A DNA stretch of 64,000 nt from Candidatus Acidiferrales bacterium (GTDB lineage: Bacteria; Acidobacteriota; Terriglobia; Acidiferrales; UBA7541): NCBI GenBank assembly GCA_963763395.1, contig CAVXOG010000015.1:156235-220234 (forward strand), given 5' to 3'. This document shows, piece by piece, positions 27,995 to 37,950 of this stretch; the first letter of the stretch is position 1, and each line of letters begins with the position of its first letter. Under the pieces are notes generated by a model that worked only from the letters and a program-made list of their open reading frames with translations, did no database searches and was not told the DNA's origin. The translations under genes and the position numbers were made by a program.

Positions 27995-28552
27995 TTGGCG
28001 AAACAGGCGAAAGCACCGGTAAAAGGCGAAGAAAAGCTCCTAAGCAGCACCGTGATTTACGATGGTCCGATTTTTGGCGTACGCAGAGACGAAGTCATCG
28101 AACCGGATGGCTTGCACACTAAACGAGAGGTGATCACCCACCCTGGTTCAGTGGTGGTTCTGCCAGTTTTCGCGGATGGCCGCATCCTGATGATCCAGCA
28201 GTATCGCCATGCCACTCGCCAATACCTGTGGGAACTGGTGGCCGGACGTATTGACGGAGGCGAATCGCCAAAGAAGGCGGCGGCTCGCGAGTTGATTGAG
28301 GAAACCGGCTACCGGGCGAAGAAGTTCGAGGTATTCCTCGATGTATTTCCGACTCCCGGTTTCCTGGAAGAGCGTATGCTTATCCTGCTGGCTACAGGAC
28401 TCACAGCCGGGAAGGCTGAACCGGAATTTGACGAGAAAATAATTTCCCACGCTTACAAGCCGAATGAATTGAAAAAAATGATGCAACAGGGCCAATTGCG
28501 CGATGCCAAATCCATCGCAGGGATCCTCTATTATCTTACTTTTCTAAAGTAG
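27995..28552 (+). CDS. NUDIX hydrolase (ADP-ribose pyrophosphatase-like)
   Basis: Nudix box GRIDGGESPKKAAARELIEETGY. TTG start with GAGGGG upstream. Confidence 0.85.
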   Translation: MAKQAKAPVKGEEKLLSSTVIYDGPIFGVRRDEVIEPDGLHTKREVITHPGSVVVLPVFADGRILMIQQYRHATRQYLWELVAGRIDGGESPKKAAARELIEETGYRAKKFEVFLDVFPTPGFLEERMLILLATGLTAGKAEPEFDEKIISHAYKPNELKKMMQQGQLRDAKSIAGILYYLTFLK

Positions 28553-28629
28553 AATTCTTTTCCTGACAGTTTAATTCGATTTATCACAGGCCAAACTGTG
28601 CCTGCATCCACAACCGTTGAAATGTCCTA

Positions 28630-28657
28630 TTGACTGGAATTTTCATTTTGATAGACT
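28630..28657 (+). promoter_or_regulatory. Candidate sigma70-type promoter of the cold-shock gene
   Basis: TTGACT (28630..28635), a 16-nt spacer, then TAGACT (28652..28657). The roughly 70-nt leader contains a CGCAAT/ATTGCG stem. Confidence 0.45.
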
Positions 28658-28731
28658 CCGCGCAATTCGTGCTCATTGCGGCGATTTAAATGATGTCCGC
28701 CCAAGGAGTCACCGTCAAAAGGAGACACGAA

Positions 28732-28932
28732 GTGCAAGGAACTGTGAAATGGTTTAATAATTCCAAAGGATACGGATTCATCGGACGTGAAGACGGTCCG
28801 GATGTCTTCGTGCACTATTCGGCAATTGTCGGGGATGGTTACCGAACGCTGCAGGAAGGAGACCCGGTAGAGTTTGAGATCGTGCAAGGTCCCAAGGGAC
28901 CGCAAGCCTCGAACGTTGCCAAAGCGGGGTAG
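28732..28932 (+). CDS. Cold-shock protein (CspA family)
   Basis: [16 protein letters not shown]...[11 protein letters not shown] 28732 sits 7 nt after AAGGAG and gives the canonical 66 aa. The track start at 28690 lacks an SD. Confidence 0.9.
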   Translation: MQGTVKWFNNSKGYGFIGREDGPDVFVHYSAIVGDGYRTLQEGDPVEFEIVQGPKGPQASNVAKAG

Positions 28933-28963
28933 TCGAAATAATTGAAGTCATGAATGTCAATTT

Positions 28964-29002
28964 GCCGGCGGTGGGCGAGGGCCTTTCCGCCGGTTTTTGT
29001 TG
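28964..29002 (+). terminator. Intrinsic terminator after csp
   Basis: GCCGGCGG-loop-CCGCCGG followed by TTTTTGTT. Confidence 0.7.
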
Positions 29003-29084
29003 GTGGCAAGAGGTGCTAAATAGGAAGGCGAGCACGATAGGTTGCCAGTGCCACTTCTAAACCAACCCGGATTATACTGTCGCT

Positions 29085-30884
29085 ATGGACAACAAACAGA
29101 TTGCACGAATTTTGCAGGAGACGGCACAACTCCTGGAGATCGATGGGGCCATCATCGGGCGTTACCGCAGCTACGAGAAAGCAGCTGAGCTGATCGCCAG
29201 CCTGCCCGACTCCGTGGAACAACTGGTGGCAACCCCGGAGAAGTTGACGGAGTTGCCAGGCATCGGCGACCGCATGGTCGAACACCTTGCGGAAATCGTC
29301 AAAACGGGAGATTACAGCCTGCGCGCGAAACTCCTGAAGAAATATCCGGCGACGATTCTCGATTTACTGCAACTCCAGTCACTTGGCCCGAAAAAAGTGG
29401 CCTTCTTGTGGAAGACTTTCAAGGTCGCCACTGTCGAGGACGTGGCAAAGATTGCCAAAGAAGGAAAGCTGCGCGATCTGGCGGGATTCGGCGAAAAGAG
29501 CGAGCAGAATATCCTCAAAGCCGTGGAAGTCTTCAAGAAGTCGTCCGGGCGATTCCTCATCAGCGTAGCTGAAGCCGCTGCACGCGCGATCACCGCGCAC
29601 ATTCAACAGGTAGGAAAGGCCGTAGAATCAGTTACGCCGGCTGGATCCTTGCGGCGCGGCAAAGAAACCGTAGGCGACCTGGATTTGCTTCTCACCCTGG
29701 CCGAGGGGCACACTTCGCAAAAGGAAGTGGACCGTATCGCGGAACACATTTTGACGTTTCCGCTGATTGACCAGAAGCTGGCACATGGCGAGAACAAGGT
29801 CAGCTTCACGCTGCAGGACGGTTTACAGGTCGACGTCCGTCTGCTGGAAAAAAAGAATTTCGGCGCCGCCCTGCTGTATTTTACTGGTTCGAAAGAACAC
29901 AACGTTGCGCTGCGCGGCCGTGCAAACGACCTCGGCTATACCCTGAATGAATACCAGTTGGCAACTCTCAAAGCCGAAAAGCACGTTGCCAGCAGGACCG
30001 AAGAAGAGATCTACGCGAAATTGAAACTGGACTTTGTTCCACCGGAGTTGCGCGAAAACGCGGGGGAAATTGCCGCAGCAGAAAATCACGAATTGCCAAA
30101 GCTCATCGAGCTGAAGGACATGAAGGGCGACCTTCAGATGCACACAACCGCAAGCGATGGAAAGAACTCCATTGAGGAGATGGCTGCGGCGGCAAAGGCT
30201 CTCGGACACGAGTACATCGCGATTACCGATCACTCGAAAGCCGTCACAGTAGCCAATGGCCTGAACGAAAAACGCATGGCAGAGCATATCAAGAATCTGC
30301 GAGCGGCCGACTCAAAGGGGTTAGGAATCAGGGTGCTGGTGGGCTCCGAGGTAGATATCCTGAAGGATGGCGCGTTGGACTATTCGGACGAGATTCTGGC
30401 GCAACTGGATGTCGTGGTCTGTTCCGTCCACTCGTATTTCAATATCCAGAGGTCGGAAATGACGGAGCGGATGCTGGCTGCCATTGAGAACCCCTACACA
30501 CAGATCATCGGTCATCCAACCGGGCGCCTGCTGCTGCGTAGGGATCCCCTCGATTACGACATGGAGAAAATACTTGATGCCTGCGCGAAACAGGGCGTGG
30601 CGATGGAGTGCAACTCTTACCCTGACCGCCTGGATTTAAAGGACGTTTACCTCCGGATGTGCAAGGACCGAGGCGTGAAGGTGGTAATCTCCACCGACTC
30701 ACACACAGCGTCAAACTTGTCCTTCATTCATTACGGAGTGACCATGGCCCGGCGCGGCTGGCTGGAGAAGAAGGACGTGATCAATACCCTGCCGACGGAC
30801 AAGTTCCTTGCCGCGTTACGAGCCAAGCCCGGCGTAAGCACTCGTCAACAAGGGGCTAAGAAGAAGGCCGCCAAGGGCGGGTAG
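29085..30884 (+). CDS. polX: Family X DNA polymerase with a C-terminal PHP domain
   Basis: 599 aa. HhH N-terminus, GSLRRGKETVGDLDLL nucleotidyltransferase motif, and PHP histidines (LQMHTTASDG, ITDHS). Confidence 0.9.
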   Translation: MDNKQIARILQETAQLLEIDGAIIGRYRSYEKAAELIASLPDSVEQLVATPEKLTELPGIGDRMVEHLAEIVKTGDYSLRAKLLKKYPATILDLLQLQSLGPKKVAFLWKTFKVATVEDVAKIAKEGKLRDLAGFGEKSEQNILKAVEVFKKSSGRFLISVAEAAARAITAHIQQVGKAVESVTPAGSLRRGKETVGDLDLLLTLAEGHTSQKEVDRIAEHILTFPLIDQKLAHGENKVSFTLQDGLQVDVRLLEKKNFGAALLYFTGSKEHNVALRGRANDLGYTLNEYQLATLKAEKHVASRTEEEIYAKLKLDFVPPELRENAGEIAAAENHELPKLIELKDMKGDLQMHTTASDGKNSIEEMAAAAKALGHEYIAITDHSKAVTVANGLNEKRMAEHIKNLRAADSKGLGIRVLVGSEVDILKDGALDYSDEILAQLDVVVCSVHSYFNIQRSEMTERMLAAIENPYTQIIGHPTGRLLLRRDPLDYDMEKILDACAKQGVAMECNSYPDRLDLKDVYLRMCKDRGVKVVISTDSHTASNLSFIHYGVTMARRGWLEKKDVINTLPTDKFLAALRAKPGVSTRQQGAKKKAAKGG

Positions 30885-30989
30885 GCCTGTAACTCTTCAG
30901 GCCCGGAGCTTGGGCGGCGCGCCTTCTCTGGGAACATTTTACAGGGTACCTTCGTTTATAGGGTTAGAAGCGCCTGGAGGCGAGATTCC

Positions 30990-31865
30990 ATGAAGACACT
31001 GACTGGTCGGTTGGGTGGTCTGGGGCTGGGATTGGCTGCTTTGCTGGTGGCAGGAACCTTGCAAGCCCCCGTTGCGACAGCAGAGGAAGTGGTCAAGTCA
31101 TTTACCGTCAGCGGGCACGCCAAGGTACGCGTGCAAACGGACGATGGGGCGGTCCGGGTTTCGACGGGCGATATCAAGCAGGTGGAAGTCCGCGTGACCT
31201 ACCGCGGCTACACTTTGGACAAGGATCTTCGGATCTCCGCAACCCAGAGCGGCGATAGCGTCGAAGTCGTTGCGAAAACCGGCAGTAGCTGGAGTTGGAA
31301 CTGGGGCGTAAACCACCGCGAATTGCGGGTGGAAGTCCATATGCCTAAGGACGCCGACCTTGATGCCACTACCGGCGACGGCTCGGTAGAGGCGGACTCG
31401 ATCATGGGAAACTTGGATATTAAGACTGGTGACGGACACATTACGGTGCAGGGCGCGAAAGGCGACATTCGGCTGCGTACCGGTGATGGTGCAATTGAAG
31501 GCCGCGGCCTGGATGGCCGTGTGGACGCTTCCACAGGTGATGGCCATATCAACATCCAGGGGCGGTTTGACTCCCTGAACCTTAAGTCAGGGGATGGCAG
31601 CGTTACCGCGAAGGCCAATGGCGGCTCGAAAGTGCAATCAACCTGGAATATCCATACAGGCGACGGCAGCGTCGATTTAGAGCTTCCTGGTGAACTCCAA
31701 GCCAACATTGATGCCAGCACACACGACGGCCACATCAGCCTGGATATCCCTGTAACGGTGGAAGGAACCTTCAGCTCCTCCCGTATCAATGGAAAGATGA
31801 ATGGCGGCGGAACACCAATCATCGTCCGGACGGGCGACGGATCGATTCACCTGAACAAGAGCTAA
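30990..31865 (+). CDS. Secreted DUF4097-like beta-helix repeat protein
   Basis: Signal peptide followed by eight (T/S)GDG(S/H/A)(V/I) repeat units. Confidence 0.7.
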   Translation: MKTLTGRLGGLGLGLAALLVAGTLQAPVATAEEVVKSFTVSGHAKVRVQTDDGAVRVSTGDIKQVEVRVTYRGYTLDKDLRISATQSGDSVEVVAKTGSSWSWNWGVNHRELRVEVHMPKDADLDATTGDGSVEADSIMGNLDIKTGDGHITVQGAKGDIRLRTGDGAIEGRGLDGRVDASTGDGHINIQGRFDSLNLKSGDGSVTAKANGGSKVQSTWNIHTGDGSVDLELPGELQANIDASTHDGHISLDIPVTVEGTFSSSRINGKMNGGGTPIIVRTGDGSIHLNKS

Positions 31866-32156
31866 GCTCAAAAGCTATAGCAGTACTAGGCTGCAATTCT
31901 GTGGGTTGCGGAGAACAAAGTTGCCCTTCCCAAGATACAGACGCTGAAGCGGGTGGCTGTAAGTCGCTCATTACAATAAACAAGACTTCTGGCAATAACC
32001 GTGCCTCCAAACTACGTGTTTGGAGGCGCTTCCCTTGATCGTTGTGATCCTCACGTTAGCGATCTTTGTACTGTTTGTCATCTCCTTGACCAGCTCCCTT
32101 TTCACGCAGGGCCGCCGGACTCGTTAGAGACTGCCGGGAACAGATGTGTAGTCATT

Positions 32157-32507
32157 TTAGGGCTTTTGCGCCGTGTGAGCGGCGACAGCGTCCATGGCTC
32201 GTAAAGAGTAAATCAGGGCTGCGCCGGCGTTCATAGCCATTGCCACGCCAAGGGCCTCGGAAATTTCTTCCCGTGAAGCACCCGCCTTAAGAGCGGCTTC
32301 CGTGTGAAATACAATGCACCCGTCGCATCGCGTGGTTACAGCCACGGCAAGCGATATCAGTTGCCGGGTCTTTTCGCCCAGGCGAGAATCTTTGCTATTG
32401 GCACCGGAAAGGGTCTGATAACCCTTCAAAGAGTCAGGAGAGAGCTTTCCGAATTCCGGGATAGCCTTTAGCAGATCGGATTGATAACTTTTCCAGTCGA
32501 GAATCAT
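32157..32507 (-). CDS. Carboxymuconolactone decarboxylase / AhpD-like family protein
   Basis: 116 aa. TTRCDGCIVFH CxxC motif typical of AhpD/CMD. Confidence 0.85.
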   Translation of the reverse strand: MILDWKSYQSDLLKAIPEFGKLSPDSLKGYQTLSGANSKDSRLGEKTRQLISLAVAVTTRCDGCIVFHTEAALKAGASREEISEALGVAMAMNAGAALIYSLRAMDAVAAHTAQKP

Positions 32508-32657
32508 CGTGCTTCCTTTCTGAAGCGGGAATGTAGTGCAGGTTCCGATTATATGATAGCGAGTGGCCGCAAAGCGTTCTTGCTTGGAATTGAGCGAACT
32601 GTTTACACGAGATTGACGAAACAGAGGATGAGGAAACCCAATCTTGGGGCATTTAAC

Positions 32658-33019
32658 ATGAAGACTTGGAGAGTTTGCGCGTTACTTATTTCGCTGTGGA
32701 TTTGTGCGATTGCAAGAGGACAGACTTCCGCTACCAATATAACCGTTACCGGCACACTGACGCGCGTGATGGCGATTGGCGGTGAGTCGACGGGCTGGGC
32801 GATTCAATTCGATAATCAAACTCCGGTGCAGGGAAAACAAGTGAGTTCAATTGAAGTGAAGTTCAACGATCCCACGCTGGCTGAAAAATACGTAAACAAA
32901 CGTGTGAAAGCCAAGGGACGGTAACGCACCGCCATGGAGTCGAAACGGGCGAAGTCGCGATTCTGGAAGTCACTACCGTCAAGGCGCTGAAGCCTCTAAA
33001 ACCACCGACCGGGCCCTGA
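32658..33019 (+). pseudogene. Small secreted protein gene interrupted by an apparent 1-nt frameshift near 32922
   Basis: ATG 32658 gives the signal peptide MKTWRVCALLISLWICAIARG. The frame stops at 32922..32924. From 32921 another frame continues as VTHRHGVETGEVAILEVTTVKALKPLKPPTGP, ending at stop 33017..33019. Confidence 0.5.
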
Positions 33020-33040
33020 CGAAGCCGGGAAGCAAATGCG

Positions 33041-33562
33041 CTACCGTGAAGTAAGGTCGAGCGACATCAGAACCTCGTCATAATACTTGCCACTTTGCTT
33101 TAGTGCGTGTTTCTCCAGACCATATCGGCGGAAACCCATACCTTCATAAAGACGGATTGCTCCCTCATTCTCGCTGACTACCACAAGCAGGATAAGTTCA
33201 ATCCGGCCGCGCGAGGCTTGAATGACGGCCTCTACCAGTTGACGTCCCACCCCGGCCTTCCTGACTTTCGGCCTGACGTACATGCTGCGCAGAAGTCCCT
33301 TGTGGCACTCCTTGCTCCCTTCCAGGAAAGTAAGTGCCACGATACCGACAAGCTTCGTGCTCTGGAATGCACCGAACATCTGAGATGAGATCATCCAAGC
33401 CGCGTATTTTGAAACGGGCGCGTCCTTCTCCGCTTCGTAGGTGCTGCCAAAGGCTTCGGGGTCGGTACGCAGGGCTTCCAGTCGAATCTCTCGAAACGAT
33501 TCCGCATCCTCGGGAGTCAACAATCGCACTTGAATGGAAGGAATGCTCACCTTTCCATTCAT
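33041..33562 (-). CDS. GNAT family N-acetyltransferase
   Basis: 173 aa. Acetyl-CoA binding block RKAGVGRQLVEAV. Confidence 0.85.
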   Translation of the reverse strand: MNGKVSIPSIQVRLLTPEDAESFREIRLEALRTDPEAFGSTYEAEKDAPVSKYAAWMISSQMFGAFQSTKLVGIVALTFLEGSKECHKGLLRSMYVRPKVRKAGVGRQLVEAVIQASRGRIELILLVVVSENEGAIRLYEGMGFRRYGLEKHALKQSGKYYDEVLMSLDLTSR

Positions 33563-33692
33563 AGCGCAACAGGTTCATCTCGACAACAAGGAAGAAATGT
33601 CAGGTAGGATTTCTGGGAAATAGCCGCGATGTGATACTGTTTTTGATTCGCTCTCGCTCCGCGAAATGCCCCAGGGGCATTGACCGTCAATT

Positions 33693-33710
33693 CCTCAGGC
33701 CTGAAGGCCC
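33693..33710. repeat. REP-like core copy (reverse orientation) upstream of icd
   Basis: CCTCAGGCCTGAAGGCCC is the reverse complement of GGGCCTTCAGGCCTGAGG. An adjacent hairpin reads AATGCCCC-a-GGGGCATT. Confidence 0.6.
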
Positions 33711-33731
33711 GAGTTACAGGGGAAGTTCCCG

Positions 33732-35132
33732 ATGAAAACTTCGTACAACGGATTGGCTGTGCCAGGTGATGGAAAGGCGATTGGCTACAGTAACGGCCTG
33801 CTGCAGGTGCCAGACAATCCGATCATCCCGTTTATTGAAGGAGATGGCACCGGCCGAGACATCTGGAAGGCTTCACGAAGAGTCTTTGACGCGGCGGTGA
33901 CAAAAGCGTACGGCGGAAAGCGCCACGTCGCCTGGTTCGAAGTTTTTGCCGGTGAAAAAGCATTCAAGACCTTCAAGCAGTGGTTGCCCGACGAGACGGT
34001 AGAAGCGGCGCGCGATTTCCGAGTGTCCATCAAGGGTCCGCTAACTACCCCAGTGGGTGGCGGCATCCGTTCCTTAAACGTAGCGCTGCGCCAGATCCTG
34101 GATTTGTATGCCTGCGTCAGACCGGTTCGCTATTACCCGGGAGTTCCTTCTCCCGTTAAAGAGCCCGAAAAAATGGACGTGGTGATTTATCGCGAAAACA
34201 CCGAGGACGTCTACATGGGCATCGAGTGGAAGTCGGGTACGCCAGAGGCCAAGAAACTGCTCGAATTCCTGAATCACGAAATGCTGAAGGACGGCAAGAA
34301 GCAAATCCGCTGGGATTCCGGAGTGGGAATTAAGCCGATTTCGCCGACAGGAACCAAGCGATTAGTCCGTCGCGCGATCAAGTATGCCCTGGACAGTGGC
34401 CGGCCGAGTGTCACTCTGGTACATAAGGGCAACATTCAGAAGTTTACGGAAGGTGGATTCCGCGACTGGGGTTACGATCTGGCCCGCGAAGAATTCCGTG
34501 GGCAGACCGTCACAGAACGCGAGAGCTGGATCGTGGATAATCTTGATAAGAATCCGGCGCTTTCGATCGAAGCCACTGCCGCGCTGATCGAACCGGGATT
34601 GGAACAAGCTACCGCCGATTTCCAGAAAGGTGTGTTCGCCGAAGTGAAAGCGACACTCGACGCCATTTACGCAACACACGGCAAAGGTCAGTGGAAGAAA
34701 AAACTAATGATTAACGACCGTATTGCCGATTCAGTCTTCCAGCAGATGTTGCTGCGACCCAGTGAATATAGTGTGCTTGCTACTTCCAATTTGAATGGAG
34801 ACTACCTCAGTGATGCGTGCGCCGCGCAAGTGGGCGGATTGGGCATGGCTCCCGGTTCGAACATTGGCGATGGTTATGGAGTTTTTGAGGCAACTCATGG
34901 AACCGCTCCCAAATACGCGGATAAGGACGTCATCAATCCCGCCTCCGTCATGCTGTCTGGTGCGATGATGTTTGAATTTATGGGTTGGGGCGAGGCGGGA
35001 AAACTGATCGAGAGCGGCATCGCCAAGACCATTCAGCAGAAAAAAGTCACTTACGACCTGGAGCGGCTAATGACCGGCGCTACCAAGCTGGGCACATCGG
35101 CATTTGCCGATGCGATTGTCGCGAATATGTAG
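33732..35132 (+). CDS. icd: NADP-dependent isocitrate dehydrogenase
   Basis: 466 aa. [23 protein letters not shown] and [10 protein letters not shown] motifs. Confidence 0.95.
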   Translation: MKTSYNGLAVPGDGKAIGYSNGLLQVPDNPIIPFIEGDGTGRDIWKASRRVFDAAVTKAYGGKRHVAWFEVFAGEKAFKTFKQWLPDETVEAARDFRVSIKGPLTTPVGGGIRSLNVALRQILDLYACVRPVRYYPGVPSPVKEPEKMDVVIYRENTEDVYMGIEWKSGTPEAKKLLEFLNHEMLKDGKKQIRWDSGVGIKPISPTGTKRLVRRAIKYALDSGRPSVTLVHKGNIQKFTEGGFRDWGYDLAREEFRGQTVTERESWIVDNLDKNPALSIEATAALIEPGLEQATADFQKGVFAEVKATLDAIYATHGKGQWKKKLMINDRIADSVFQQMLLRPSEYSVLATSNLNGDYLSDACAAQVGGLGMAPGSNIGDGYGVFEATHGTAPKYADKDVINPASVMLSGAMMFEFMGWGEAGKLIESGIAKTIQQKKVTYDLERLMTGATKLGTSAFADAIVANM

Positions 35133-35161
35133 AAGTCGAGATCGATTGATTCTTCAGGAGG

Positions 35162-35219
35162 CAGGAGCTTCGGCTCCTGCATTAGTATGCTGGCAGACAC
35201 TGGGCCTTAGCCCCTGAGG
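35162..35219. repeat. REP-like element between icd and mdh
   Basis: Hairpin CAGGAGC-ttcg-GCTCCTG plus the core GGGCCTTAGCCCCTGAGG (35202..35219). Confidence 0.6.
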
Positions 35220-35304
35220 ACTCAATACGCTCTCTACTCTGAACCAGTAGGACAACAATTTCGCTCGAAGGATTACAGGCACTACGCACAAGGAGAGGCA
35301 CGCA

Positions 35305-36246
35305 ATGAGCAGGAACAAAGTAACGGTAGTGGGCGGTGGATTTGTTGGTTCGACCACGGCGCAACGAATTGTGGATCTGGAGCTCGCGGACGTAGTGTTA
35401 ACCGATATTCTGGATGGCCCACCCGCAGGCAAAGCGCTCGACATGATGGAATCCGGCCCGGTTACGCGCACCGATTCGCATGCCACAGGCATTTCCACGG
35501 CGAGCGGCGATTACAGCGCAACTGCTGGCAGCGATGTGGTCGTGATTACTGCTGGCTTCCCCCGCAAGCCTGGCATGAGCCGCGACGACCTGCTGAAGGC
35601 CAACTACGACGTAGTGAAGGCAGTAGTCGAGCAGATTGTTAAGCATTCGCCCAACTGCATCATCATTGTCGTCACGAATCCTCTGGACGCCATGGCGCAA
35701 GCGGCGTTCAAGGTCAGCGGTTTCCCGAAAAACCGCGTGCTGGGCATGGCAGGCGTGCTGGATTCCGCGCGCATGAGCACCTTCGTGGCACAGGAATGCA
35801 AAGTCAGCGTCGAAAACGTTCACTCCTTCGTTCTAGGCGGACATGGCGACGACATGGTTCCACTGCCGCGCTACTCGACCGTCGCTGGTATTCCCCTGCC
35901 CGATTTGCTGCCCAAAGAAAAGATCGACGCGATCGTGGACCGCACACGTAAGGGTGGTGCGGAGATCGTGAACCTGTTGAAGACCGGTTCAGCGTATTAC
36001 GCTCCATCGGCTTCCGCCGTTGAAATGGTTGAGGCAATTCTCAAGGACAAAAAGAAAATCCTGCCCTGCGCCGTCTATCTCGAAGGCGAGTACGGAATCA
36101 AAGGTCTGTTCGTTGGAGTGCCCGTAAAGCTCGGCGCAAAGGGTGCCGAAGAGATCATCCAGATCAAACTGACCGCCGAAGAGAATGTGGCTCTACAAAA
36201 GAGCGCAGCCAGCGTGAAGGAACTAGTCACCGTTCTCGGTATTTAG
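35305..36246 (+). CDS. mdh: Malate dehydrogenase (LDH-like MDH)
   Basis: [15 protein letters not shown] Rossmann motif, [16 protein letters not shown], and [10 protein letters not shown]. Confidence 0.95.
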   Translation: MSRNKVTVVGGGFVGSTTAQRIVDLELADVVLTDILDGPPAGKALDMMESGPVTRTDSHATGISTASGDYSATAGSDVVVITAGFPRKPGMSRDDLLKANYDVVKAVVEQIVKHSPNCIIIVVTNPLDAMAQAAFKVSGFPKNRVLGMAGVLDSARMSTFVAQECKVSVENVHSFVLGGHGDDMVPLPRYSTVAGIPLPDLLPKEKIDAIVDRTRKGGAEIVNLLKTGSAYYAPSASAVEMVEAILKDKKKILPCAVYLEGEYGIKGLFVGVPVKLGAKGAEEIIQIKLTAEENVALQKSAASVKELVTVLGI

Positions 36247-36261
36247 CGAAATCCAGGCACT

Positions 36262-36645
36262 ATGTGGGGCTTGGACAAACCGCCATTCGAAGTCGCTGAT
36301 GGTTACGGAATTGATGTCAGCAATCTCGAAGCAGCTTGCAGTTGGTACAAAGAAAAACTGGGCTTTCGTGACGCTCCGGAAGTGGACGAAGACGACTCCG
36401 GACGGCCATTCCGCGGACTTAAGCTCGCAGACAAGGGTACTGCGCTATCTCTTGTAGAGAAAAACCAAGAAACGCAAGCGCAGCAACATATCATTTTCTA
36501 CGCTTCGAAGTTGGATAAGGCGCGAGACTGGCTCGTCAAGCGCGGAATCCCGGCCAGTGCCGTTGAGACCGATTCTGGCGGAAATCGCTTCTTCAAGTTC
36601 CAGGACCTAGACGGTAACACAATCGAGGTCTGCCTGGAGCCATAG
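36262..36645 (+). CDS. VOC (glyoxalase/bleomycin-resistance fold) family protein
   Basis: 127 aa single VOC-like domain ending DLDGNTIEV. Confidence 0.7.
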   Translation: MWGLDKPPFEVADGYGIDVSNLEAACSWYKEKLGFRDAPEVDEDDSGRPFRGLKLADKGTALSLVEKNQETQAQQHIIFYASKLDKARDWLVKRGIPASAVETDSGGNRFFKFQDLDGNTIEVCLEP

Positions 36646-36680
36646 CGCAGAGCTTTAAGAGAGGAAGCTGCTCGGCTCGT

Positions 36681-37766
36681 TCAGAAACCGAACAGCTTCC
36701 CTGCACCGATCACTAGCCCCAGAGTAAATACCGCAATGACGACTTCCCCGATGAAGCCGACGGCAAAGGGACGTAACCCTTGCTTGCGCATTTCCCTGAA
36801 GTTTGTGCGGAGACCGACACCCGCGAATGTCAACAGAAACGCCCAGCGGGAGAGATTGGCTAAAGCAGTGTTCTGATCTTTCGTAAAGAATCCAGCGGTA
36901 GCCAGTGCCGAGATCAGCAAAAAGCCCAAAACAAATTTAGGAAATTTCTGCCACAGAAATTTCGCCTTGTTACCGACAACCTGCGCCTGTCCTTTGCTGG
37001 CCCAGTAGATGGCGTACGCAAGCACGACAAAACCGATCAGCGCGTTGCGCGTCGTCTTGGTCAGCACCGCAAGTTTCGCCGCGGCATCGGAATAAAGCGC
37101 GCCCGCAGCCGTCGCTTCAGCAGTATTGTCCACGGCTAACCCCGCCCAAACGCCGTAAGCGTGATCGCTAAGGTGCAAGTAGTGGCCAATCAAGGGAAAC
37201 GTGAACAAGGAAATCGCGCCCAATGCCAGAATCGCGGCAATCGCGAAGGAAGAGTCTTCATCATCAGCCTCAATCGCGCCTTTCGTGGCAATGATGGCGC
37301 TGACGCCGCAAACCGCGGAGCCCACTGCCAGCAGCGTCGTGAGCTTCGGCCGCAGCCCGAACGCCCGTCCTAGCAGCGTCATGAACGCGATCGCGCCCGT
37401 GATCTCAATGCCCACAAGCAGGATGCTGACTCCGCCCAGCTTCCAGACATCGCCCAGCAAGAACCGCGAGCCGAGCAGCACGATTCCAGCCTTCAGCCAG
37501 AATTCATACGTCGCAACACCGGGCTTGAAAATCTCCGCAAGCCCGAAAATGTTCGAGATAGCCAAACCGATCAGGATCGCCCAGAGCACGTACTCGATGT
37601 TGGGAAAAATCAGGTGATGCGTTTTCGCGTAGAGATTGACGTTCCTCTCGAGCAACTTGCCGCCATAGCCGATTACGGCCAGCAACGCAATCCCGGGAAT
37701 CAGACGAAAACACTGGGTGCGTAACGATATGGGTGTTGCTTGTGGCAAAACGAGCGTCTCAGCCAT
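36681..37766 (-). CDS. YeiH/UPF0324 family membrane protein (putative sulfate-exporter family)
   Basis: 361 aa polytopic membrane protein with YeiH-like N-terminal and glycine-rich helices. Confidence 0.75.
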   Translation of the reverse strand: MAETLVLPQATPISLRTQCFRLIPGIALLAVIGYGGKLLERNVNLYAKTHHLIFPNIEYVLWAILIGLAISNIFGLAEIFKPGVATYEFWLKAGIVLLGSRFLLGDVWKLGGVSILLVGIEITGAIAFMTLLGRAFGLRPKLTTLLAVGSAVCGVSAIIATKGAIEADDEDSSFAIAAILALGAISLFTFPLIGHYLHLSDHAYGVWAGLAVDNTAEATAAGALYSDAAAKLAVLTKTTRNALIGFVVLAYAIYWASKGQAQVVGNKAKFLWQKFPKFVLGFLLISALATAGFFTKDQNTALANLSRWAFLLTFAGVGLRTNFREMRKQGLRPFAVGFIGEVVIAVFTLGLVIGAGKLFGF

Positions 37767-37796
37767 TTATTCCCCCATGTGAATTGCGTTCGTGCA

Positions 37797-37928
37797 TTAC
37801 CAGTTGACGCGCGGGATCACTCCCGTGCGAATCAAGAGCGCCGCAAGAAAGGCCAGGATTACAGCCCAGGAATCCAGCGAAAGACGACTCTTCTTGGTCT
37901 CCTCTTTCCTCGTTGACGATTGCGTCAT
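37797..37928 (-). CDS. 43-aa single-TM micro-protein between cobA and yeiH
   Basis: Below the track length cutoff, so I translated it myself: MTQSSTRKEETKKSRLSLDSWAVILAFLAALLIRTGVIPRVNW. AAGGAG lies 7 nt upstream of the ATG. Confidence 0.45.
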   Translation of the reverse strand: MTQSSTRKEETKKSRLSLDSWAVILAFLAALLIRTGVIPRVNW

Positions 37929-37950
37929 GCCATTTCTCCTTTGTAGAAAT

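Noticed and set aside
36663-36700. GGAAGCTG...CAGCTTCC 8-bp stem between the convergent VOC and yeiH genes, as a bidirectional terminator.
   Set aside because: The 22-nt loop is long, there is no U-tract on either strand, and the right arm lies inside the yeiH coding end. This is too weak to call.
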